Below, one piece after another: positions 42,701 through 53,000 of a DNA stretch of 64,000 nucleotides; the stretch's first letter is position 1, and each line of letters begins with the position of its first letter. A program made the position numbers and the translations under genes. The notes beneath the pieces are model-generated. The model did no database searches. It worked only from the letters and a program-made list of their open reading frames with translations, and was not told the DNA's origin. Origin of the DNA: Podarcis erhardii (Eukaryota). Location: NCBI GenBank assembly GCA_964252035.1, contig OZ176201.1; one strand, 5' to 3'.

Positions 42701-45607
42701 CAATTGGGAGATTGCACCTGTGTGAAGCCAACCTCTCTTCCACCCTTTTCATGCCTCTCTGAATGCAAGAATACAATAGCCACTGGAGCTCACAGAAAGT
42801 GTGGGCTGAGGTAAATCTCCCTAGCAAATTTCAGCCCAGTTACATGAGCACTAGGTACGCTGCACAAGGCACTCTCAGCCCTCACCCTGTTTATGGATAT
42901 GCTAGTAATAATGACCTACCGTCAAGGGCTGTTGTAAAGATTACTGAGATTATTTGTTCAGAGAATTTCAGATACAGTATATCAGTAACCTTTTCAGCAT
43001 AGTCAAGAGCTATCTTTCTATTGCAGATGGAGAAGGGAGCTGAGGCTAAATGTAGTTTACCTCAGACCACCATTCTCTCACATATATACACACACAAAAT
43101 CATGGCTTTGTGTGTATGTCAGTCTTCGTAAGCATAGTTAAGTCCACTCTCCTTTACAGTACTAGTGTGTAAAATGTTTTCCCTCTGGAAAGCAGACATG
43201 GCCATTTCATTTCTCCAAAGCAATTGGATAATATTCACCAGGGAAGCAATAATTTCTGTTACAGCCACACAATGAAAAATTTAGCAACGAACCTTTTTTT
43301 TAAAAAAAGTATTGTTTTCAAAAACTTACAATAAAAACAACTGACACCAATATTCACGCAGAGCATGTTAGAGAGAGATGCCTGTATCACTTTACAGATC
43401 ACTAACCACTTTTGCAACTGTGATTCCTCTTGGATCAGCCAGTGCTAATATAACCCCTCCACATTGTCAAGTGAGCTGGGTGGGTGGGGGATGGGACCTC
43501 CCATTTAGTTACGAATGTGAGAAGCCGAAACCACACCCCATCACAATGTTCCTTTCCCACAATGCCTCAAAGCACCTGATTTTGCTGTGTGATACCCTCT
43601 CATACACCTGTGTCCCGAACATTGAGCCAAGTCTCCTGCAGGAGGAATTATCCTTGAATGTCCAGATCAATGGCAAAAAGTGTGGTATGGAGACCGCAAT
43701 AGCGAGGGACCAATTGCTGGTACCCTGAGTTGTTCCATATCTCCCCAAACAGCCAAAGAACATACCAGAAGGGACAAAAACCTGTGTTAACCTACACTCC
43801 AGATACTTAGAGTTGCCTCAGCCTCACAGCACACCATTTCCAAACCAGTATTTCAAGTGTGGCTGCATTGCTAAGAGACCAGTGTTCTGCAGGGAAGTCT
43901 CATTAGGAGGGATGGAGGGGGGACTTGTAAAAAGGGACTCATTTGTCAAATGCATGTACTGTATTCAGATCCCTTTTCCATTCCAAACTGCATCAGGTAG
44001 GGAGAAATCATACTTCTTGTTATGATACTGTTTGAATTGTTTGAAATTCAAATAGCCTGGCCACAAATAGAAGAACAATCTAATATGGAAAGAGAAGAAT
44101 ATCTATGTTGTTTTTTTCCCACCCCCTGGCAGGTATGTAAACACTGGATATTTATTATCAGTTTCCACCTGTAGAAAGAATAATTTAGTAGAAGGAGGAA
44201 CTGTGCCAATAGTACAATAAACTCTAGCCAGCTTGGTCAATTGGATAACCTAGTACAAGTCATTCTCAATGTGTAGGATAGGAAACGAATAGCTTCAGTT
44301 AAAGAACTTCAATCTATTGGGCACTCTATTTGTATCCTCATTATAATAACAAATCATTCAGAAGGTGCCCCTGTAGCAGACTGAAAGGATTGAAAGGATA
44401 CCCCACTCAGATTGAAAGGATACCCCAATTTCCACCAAGCCCAAGACTTTCCAGGTGCATATTGCATAAACAGAAGCACTTCACACACAGCCTCTCAGCA
44501 ATACAAGCAAGTCTTATGTCACAGGATATGGTGTTTTCAGTGTCTCTTAGTGTTAAAGATATCAGGCATGACCCATGGGCCAGGTGTCACCTGGGATAAA
44601 AATCCATTTCCCCCAGGAAGGGCATAGTTCCATGCGGAGCTGGACTCTCATTCCAAGGGCCTGAAACTACTGTACCTCTCTCTCTTTCACACCAGTCCAG
44701 GACAGCTGTAGTCCCATACCCTGGAAATGGTCCAAAGAAAATCACAAAGAAACAGCCTAGAAGGGGGGGAACCAATTTCAACCATAGCCTATGAAACTAA
44801 TTTAAAGGGGATGGGCCAAAGCAACTCAAAAGGGGAGCATCCTTTGGGATCAGCTTTACTGGCAGCTGTAGTTTTTATTCTTCCTTTCCTGGCACCAGAA
44901 CAAGGTATGTCGGGGGGGCGTGTCCTGCACAGCAGCCGCCACTCAGGCTGATGGAAAGTCCCAGCAGGGCCTAGACCTGATGATAAAATGTCAGCCCAAC
45001 AAGAACAGTCTATTGGAGATGCTGAAATTGGACCCTGGGACCTTTTGCATACAAAGCATACAGTCCCTGTCTATAAACTTGCTCACCTTCTCTGTGGGAA
45101 TTGGATGTTTCAATGGCGTACGTGCATAGTTAGCACATGTTTTGTTATCTAAGAAATAAGGATCTTATTTGCTTTTGATTTCTGCTCCAGGCATTCTGTG
45201 AGAATAAAGTTCAACACGGTTGTCCAAGCCTTTCATTTCAGTGTAGTCAAACAGTATTTGGGGCTTGCCGAACACTTCTTAAACAAACTTACAGGGGGTC
45301 AGACCCAGGCTAAATGAAACAGAATCAAGGGGACTTCAGTTAGCTATTACTAACCATACCAGTTTCAATGGGACCTAAGTACAGCTAGCTTCTTCTGGAT
45401 GCAACCCAAGAGCATAGTCCCTATATTCAATCTCCTCTCCTGAAAGTCCTTCCTCCCTATTCCTACGAGTGAGCACTGGCTGAGGTCAATGACATCCATG
45501 TGAGCGTCATTTCTGTACACCCCTTTTCTCCACACTGAAATCTGGTTCACACATTCACACCTACATTTGACAAGTCATGAATCATACATTAATACACTGC
45601 TATTTTT

Positions 45608-45730
45608 CTAGAAAAAGAGGTGCCGGAACTCAGCTGAACACCTCCCTTGTTCTCGTATAATGACAATTGTGCCTACCCAAGAGGGACTGGAACTGAGTTC
45701 TGACGAGTTCTGGCTGGGGAAAAAGCCCTG
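45608..45730. mobile_element. Short lizard-type MITE
   Basis: ctagaaaaagaggtgccggaactc...gagttctggctggggaaaaagccct; family recognised from memory only. Confidence 0.5.
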
Positions 45731-46176
45731 CTTAGTCACATGTGTGAACTATATCAATTGAAGGAATTTGTTGAGTTGACTTTGGGTGGTAGGAAAGTTG
45801 TGCTGGTAATATTTGTCACACATCCAAGACTTTAGTTTGCAGCTGGCAAGTAACAAACACAGATGTGCAAACTTGAGCTTATATCATTGGGGGCTGGTTC
45901 ATTAGGGCTAATCAAACAACACCCCACCAACCTCAATCTTTCCTTGGCCTTCTTACTGCTTACAACCACTCCAGGGGATGACCCTGCCTGTCAGCTTCCT
46001 CCTCCTCCTCCTTGGTCTCGGGATTTCCCTTGCAGAACTCAACAGGGAGGCAGCTGGGGACAAACTTCCACCGGTGACTTGGCTCTGCCTGTCATTGGCT
46101 CTGGCTCCACCTATTGTTGGGACTATTGTTGGTGCCAATAAGCACCAGCCACCCCTGACTTATATATGTGTTGGGA

Positions 46177-46196
46177 AAACATGTGCGAACTAGTCC
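46177..46196. promoter_or_regulatory. Candidate p53/p63 response element
   Basis: AAACATGTGC + GAACTAGTCC, zero spacer, 19/20 match to (RRRCWWGYYY)2. Confidence 0.5.
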
Positions 46197-46921
46197 TGGG
46201 CATCTAAGGCCCATTTTTATTTTGCTGCTTTTGCTAGAGGGGTTTCGTGGATTTCCCACTTTTAGAGTGCAAGCTAAAGAAACTCCCTCCAGCGCGCACA
46301 CAAAGTGGAAGCGTCTGTTTTCCAGGCAGAGCTGAACTCAGGTATGAGAACCGCCCCCCGCCCCATTTTCACCTTAGCGGTTCTCCATGAAACAAGGAAA
46401 CCCGACATGTGTGGCATCTGACCCCGGGAGTCACAAGCACCTGCCGGATTTGTGCTGCCCCCCCCCCCACTCGCCCTAGGGCAAGGAAGCTTCGCAACGC
46501 GCGTAGGCGCCGAAGAGCACGTGGGCACAAGCCCCTCCTCTGGAGAGGGGGAGACGGAGTCAGCTTGAGAAAACCCGGACCGGGAGGAGTGGTGGATCCG
46601 GCTGGGGCAGGTGTGATCTCTTTTCTCGCCCAGGGCAACTTCTCCGCTCGCCACAGGTTGGGGCGAGGCCAGCCGGTCGACTTCGAGTCTCTGACGAAGG
46701 GAGAAGAGCCAAGAGCGCGCAGAGGCCGTCCCAATAATTTGTTAGTCTTGAAGTTGCTCTTGCCAAACGAGACTCCTTGGAGTTTTCGCGGGCAGGGCTG
46801 CGAGCGAGGGAACAGCGAGCGAGCGAAGATCGGCGGCGGCGCGGAAGAAACGAGCGCACCCACAGCCTCCTTGGGTCCCGTCTCCGGCAGCCGCGTCCTC
46901 TTCGCGTCGCTTCTCCCGGGG

Positions 46922-46930
46922 ATGCGCTGA
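46922..46930 (+). promoter_or_regulatory. Minimal uORF (ATG CGC TGA) 30 nt upstream of NIPAL4 start
   Basis: Seen directly; functional only if the TSS is upstream of 46922. Confidence 0.55.
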
Positions 46931-46960
46931 TCTCTGCTGAGCCTCGGCAGGAAAGAGCAC

Positions 46961-47006
46961 ATGGAGCGACCGGAGCCGCTCTGGGTGAACAGTAGCTGCG
47001 CCAACG
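46961..47006 (+). CDS. NIPAL4: NIPAL4 exon 1 coding part [15 protein letters not shown](G)
   Basis: cacATGG start, AACG|gtgagt donor, phase 1 fits exon 2. Confidence 0.88.
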
Positions 47007-50000
47007 GTGAGTAAGCGCTCGCTTGGCCGCCGCACGCGGGTTACGCGGAGGGAGATAGAGAAGGGACTGCTCGGCTGCTCTCCTCCTCCTCCTCTTCTTC
47101 TTTTCCTGCTTCCACTTCCCAAGGTTAGGGAGACCTTTCCCTCTCTATCAGGCGAGTTCCTGGTTCCTGGTCCAAAAAACGGATCGGTCCTTCCCACGCT
47201 GGCAGACAAACCCCATAAAATAATCGCTTTGCCCCCTTTTGCTGGAATACATATAATTTTAAGAGGGAGATCAGAAAATTTATAAGGTCTTCAGAACCTC
47301 TTGCCCCACGTCGCCCTTGAGGTCTGTGTAGCTCCGAAGAGTGGCCTGCTTTGCGTAACCGTGGGTTTTGGGAAGGTGGCGTTTTCTTCTCCTTCGGTTC
47401 TCCAGGCGGCTGCAGGAGCTTCCTCTGTTTCCTTCCCTCCGGGTGCCTGTAGGTCGCCAAGCAAGCAAGCCAAGCGATTGTGCAAAGTACGCCTGAAGAG
47501 GCAGGTGCAGAGATTAAAAATAAAAAGGAGAAGCTTGTTTGGCGAGGGGGCTCGTTCTCACGATCAGCCCGGCCAGTCTCCTCCTTTGCAGGTGAAACTC
47601 AAACTTAAAGAGCAGGATTTTCCCGGGAGTGTTTTACTTCAACTAGCGAGGTGGTCGTGAGATCGAATTAGAAGTCATTGTATATTTCCTTCTTCTACCG
47701 TTTATGGAACAGGCAGTTCTTGTGAGCGCTTGTGGGAACACGGGAAGCTGCATTGTATCAGGTCAGACCCTTGACCAGTCTAGTCCAGTATTGTTTACAC
47801 TGACTCCCAGTGGCTCCCCAGAGTTTTCCAGCTCAACTTGAAGATGCCAGGGATTGAATTTGGGACCTGCATGCGAAGCAGACTCTCTAGCACTGAGCTG
47901 TTCACCCCTAGAGGAAAAAACAAGAACTCTGGTGGCAGGTGGGCTGCGGTGCCCTGATGTATCAATGAGGTTGAACTTCTAACTCCTATCAGCCCCAACC
48001 AGTGTAGCCAATGGGAGATGTAGTCTGACAACCTCTGGGAGGGTCAAAGTTTCCTTCATCCCACAGGTAAAAGGGCAAAGGAAAGATTAAAGCATGGGAG
48101 GTTGGGAACATTATGGCCCTCAGGGCAGTTACTCCAGTATTATCATGTCCACAAACAGAAAGTTCATAAGAAAGTGGAAAAAGCCCTGAAGACTTCCCTC
48201 ATGCTCAGGTATAATAGCTGCCTTGCCTTAAATTGTGCTGGCTTGATGGGGAATTATGGCTGAGTATGGCGCTGTGGGTTAAACCACAGAGCCTAGGACT
48301 TGCTGATCAGAAGGTCGGCGGTTCGAATCCCTGCGACGGGGTGAGCTCCCGTTGCTCGGTCCCTGCTCCTGCCAACCTAGCAGTTCGAAAGCATGTCAAA
48401 GTGCAAGTAGATAAATAGGTACCGCTCCAGCGGGAAGGTAAACGGCGTTTCCGTGCGCTGCTCTGGTTCGCCAGAAGCTGCTTAGTCATGCTGGCCACAT
48501 GACCCGGAAGCTGTACGCCAGCTCCCTCGGCCAATAAAGTGAGATGAGCACCGCAACCCCAGAGTCGGTCACGACTGGACCTAATGGTCAGGGGTCCCTT
48601 TACCTTTACATACTCCAGGACAGGGTTATGGGAGCAGTGGAAGGGTTAGGGTGCTAAGTGGGTGGTGGGAATGGTGAAAAGCAGTGGTGACTTGTGAATC
48701 CTACAGAACAATGTGGTGCTGCTCAGATTAGGGTTCCCTGTTCACCTTCCAAAAGGGTATAATGATTTCCCCCTCCATTCACAAGCAAAAGTAATAGAGA
48801 TGGCTTCTTTTGCTGCCCTTCCACTGCTGCTTAATTTGCTAAGTATGTTTTGAAACAGGATCAAAAGCCAGATCTGCTTTCATGAGTCTGTTTTGTCGTA
48901 GGCTTCTTGTGAAACAGGCTGTAGAAGATAATAGAAGCATATGACCCATAAGTCTTCAAGATTACCTTCTGTTAGCTTCTACTGATGAGCATGGCTGCTC
49001 CCTGGATTAATGTGGCTTTATTGGCTTGTGACTCCTTTTTAATATTTATATTTTATTGAGGTTATAATAGTGAGTTAAAGTAAATAGCGGAGGAAAGAAT
49101 ATAAAATGGAAAAAGAAATAATCATCATCATAATTTTCTTATTTATACCCCACCCATCTGGCTGGGTTTCCAAATATTAAAAACATTTTAAAAAGAAGAG
49201 GAAAACAGTAATAACAAAATAACAATAAAATACAAAACTATACAGTATATATGTAGATGGATAAACTTATTGTTTCCCTCAGTATATGATGATTCATGTA
49301 TCACTATAGTTTCGATAAATACGTTCCAAAGTATCATTAAATTTGTCCATGCCTAATCTTCATCTGAAAGCGATCCGTTCATGGGTTGCAGGAGTTGTCA
49401 TGTCAGCTATCCATTAATTAAAGGATAGTTCATCCATATTTTTGTCCTTCCAATGCATCAGTATCAATCCTTTTGCAAATGTGAGTGCGTGGAGAATCCA
49501 TTTACATTGACTGATAGTCAAGCCTCATATATTAAGTATATAGTTTAAAATGATGTTATCTTCTGAAATGTTTAATTCTTTCTCCACAATCTTTATTCAT
49601 TCTGCATCTCCAACAGCATGTTGTCGCTGAGAGTCCATGTTTATGCAATCATGATGAATTCAAATAAACTCGAAATAAAATCTCTTGTTGTATGAGACAT
49701 CGTTTATAATCTAATGATACATTGGAAACAGAGGCTAAAATATTATCCCATTCTTTAACTAAGATGGAGCTTGTTAATAATGTATTCCATTTGCTTCTCA
49801 AAGTTTGTGCATCAAATTAATTAATACACAGTAAACATTTCTAAAAAGTAATAGCTGGCTTTTTAGCCTCCAGGGATTCAGTCAAGTGTTTGAGTATCAC
49901 CTTGGCTTGTGACTATTGGTGTCAGGCATTACAGCAAGGGGATCCAAAGATGAATAAACAGATTTTTTAAATCTATCAATTTCAAAGAAGTTTGCACTGC

Positions 50001-53000
50001 AGATTAGGCTGGAATGGATGGCATACTTTTTCTAAGCTTTTATTTTATTTTTACTCAGGAAAAAAACAGAGCAAAGGAAGAAAGATGTATGGCAGATTTT
50101 GATGAGTTTACAACTCTTTCATTCTCTCCTTTAACAGATAATCCTGAATACTTTCATGGCAGTTGGTTTATCTGCTTGTGATTTTATGAATATGTGGCTG
50201 GGCAGGGATGGCAGGCTATGGAGTGGGCTATGGAGTGGGCATCATAATTAAAGGCTTTGACCTTTGTTGAGATGCCATCAGCCTTTAATAAATACATCAC
50301 TTTCTCCTTGAAAATTAGAAACTATGTTCACTAAAAATGTTATTGACTGGGAATTGTTCCAGATGTCTGCTGCTGTGTGTGACACTGCCATTGAAGTATA
50401 GAGATGCCTCCCTAAACATGGCTTCATTTACTGCTTCATGCTGTAGTTGGGGGAGAGGGTTACCCATTTTTTATCACTCTTGCATGTACTCAATCAACAA
50501 ACTGTTTTAAAAAAACTACCGCAGCAAGGAGAAAAAAAGTATCTCAGCCCCTTTTCTTCTGTGCTGGTTTGTGCAGTCTATTCTGCTCCCTCAGGAGTCT
50601 TCCACCTTAGCATTATCACCTTGGCTAGACAGAAGACATGTCCCAGATCCCATTTCATTTCTGTTGCAAAGGGTTGAAATTTGGTGGTGCTCTTTGAATT
50701 TCCCCTCACAGAATGCAGCAGAATCTGAGCAAATAAATTGGTGTGGTTGTAACTGGCCTCAATCCTCCCCCTTCTCCTTTCTTTTTTACTTGGGCTTTTG
50801 AGGATGTTGGTATTCTTGTCAATCCCTGAGGAAGGAAAAGGCTACATGACATTAGGGCATTGTGAGTATGTTGGAGATAAGAATTCACTGTTTGTTTTCA
50901 GGCTCACAAAGACTGGTCTGTATCAGGCAAATTGCCAGTGTCAAAACACCACGCCACATTTGCATTACTGTATTTGTAGCATAGCTACAATCCTGCCCTG
51001 TTTTATCAGACCATAGGTATATATGTTCTCTCCCTCTCATTTAAAGAGCTCTTGCAAATGGGTACTCACCATTTCCTTTAACCTTTCCTTTAAGGGTCTG
51101 GGTTGCCAACAATTTTTTTCATCAGAGCGCCTGTGCAGCAAAGTGGATTTACAATAAACGACCATGTACAAAACAAACAGTAATAGCAAGGAACAAAACA
51201 CAAAGCATCTCAGGGTTCTTAAAAAAACCTGATTAAATAACCAATTTAGTTTAAAAATATTTTTATCACCTATATCCTGAAAACCAATGGGCAGGGTACA
51301 GAATAAACCTCCCATGTTCACTAGTTTCACATACTCTCCAGCATTTCTCCTATGAAAATAGGGACATCCCATTCTGTACTGATACTTTTACTATTTATAC
51401 CCCACACATCTTACTGGGTTGCCCCAGCCACTCTGGACAGCTTCCAACATATAGAGGGTGAGCCCTTTAAAAGAGGCCCCATGGATATAGAGTACACATG
51501 TTCCACGGGGCATCTTTTAAAAGACTTACCCTGTATAAAAACATTTAAAAACATTTTTTAAAAAACCTTCCCTATACTGTACAGGATTGCCTTCAGACGC
51601 CTCAGGGGCCAGATAACTTCTTATCCTCCAACATTTCTCCAATGAAAATAAGGACAACCTAAGGAATTGCCATCTCATGAGAAGAGTCCCTGGAAAGGAC
51701 CCTGATGTTGGGAAAGATTGAGGGCACAAGGAGAAGGGGACAACAGAGGACAAGATGGTTGGACAGTGTTCTCAAAGCTATGAACATGAGTTTGACTAAA
51801 CTGTGGGAGGCAGTGGAAGACAGGAGTGCTTGGCGTGTGCTGGTCCATGGGGTCACGAAGAGCCGGACACGACTAAACATCAACAAAGGAATTGCAGGAC
51901 ATTCCAGGATCAAATCAGAAACTGGGATGGCTTCTCTAAATCAGGGTTGTCCCTTGAAAATAGGGACACTTGGCGGGTCTGGTTTCATAGCAGAGTACAA
52001 CAACCATGAGGCTTTTCCTGTATTGTAGCCACCCACTTTTTCAGATGGGGGCAGCCATTAGCAGGTTATAGTGTTTATCTCTGAACCATTAAAAGGGACA
52101 CCTGCTATCTGCTATCATACTGTTTTTAAAGGCACAAGCCCAGGCCAAACAACGTTTTTTAATCAGTTGGTAACATTATAGAATGTTTCACCTCCCTCTT
52201 TGCTTCTGATAGTTCAAGTATCAGTCTGCCCTAACCCAGGTCCTCCACAAAGCATTGGAGTCCTTAGGTGTCACTCACTTTGCATAGCTCAAACAAAGGT
52301 CTGGACAAGTTTTGACAGCACCTGCTTCTTCTCCTTTCTCTCCTGTTCCAGAGGGCAAAGTAGAACCTACACATGGAGATCAGGTGCTGTTAAGCCCTTT
52401 GGCCAGAGTTTACCTTTAGGAATCTTTGCCCAACCTATCCTTATTTGAGTTGTAAGGTTTGTACTCTGCACCTCAACCATCCATAATCCGTTTAGTCACA
52501 GAAAAGAAGGATATTTATAGTAATGAGTGGCTTTGTAGAGATGGAAGAGGTGTAATCGTTTCCACCTGTCTTGTATTATGGTGTAAATGAATTGGTGCCT
52601 TGGGTGTGTCTTGAGTCTGGGAATCACAGAGGCTCATCAATCCCCACCCACACTAGCTGACACACCTTAGATCTGAGTGCTGATAAAAATTTTAACTGAT
52701 GAAACTTGATTTGTATCTGTGTTCATTCCAGTTAAAACTATGTTGCATGCTTTATTTGCAGAGCAGTCTATACGTATGTATGTGCTGAGAGAGAGTGCAT
52801 GTTTCAATTCAATGCTCCAAAAATTCTCCTTTCTCCCTGGTTTTATATCCAGCCTGAGGGGAACATTCTTCAGCCCAAGGCTCATAGAATCATAGAATCA
52901 TAGAGTTGGAAGAGACCACAAGGGCCATTGAGTCCAACCCCCTGCCAAGCAGGAAACACCATCAGAGCACTCCTGACATATGGTTGTCAAGCCTCTGCTT

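Larger units (their letters stand above)
46330..47660. promoter_or_regulatory. CpG island over NIPAL4 promoter/exon 1
   Basis: Sharp rise in GC and CpG density versus CpG-poor surroundings; GC box ccccgcccc at 46356-46364. Confidence 0.9.

Noticed and set aside
44388-44427. 18-nt direct repeat gattgaaaggatacccca
   Set aside because: Only two copies with a 4-nt spacer; local slippage, not an array
46409-46930. 173-aa ORF in frame with NIPAL4 as an N-terminal extension
   Set aside because: GTG start, closed by TGA before the ATG and no similarity to the human extension as I recall it
46369-47004. 211-aa antisense ORF and other long ORFs over the CpG island
   Set aside because: TTG/GTG starts, GC-rich stop-poor sequence, Arg/Pro/Gly-biased with no domain
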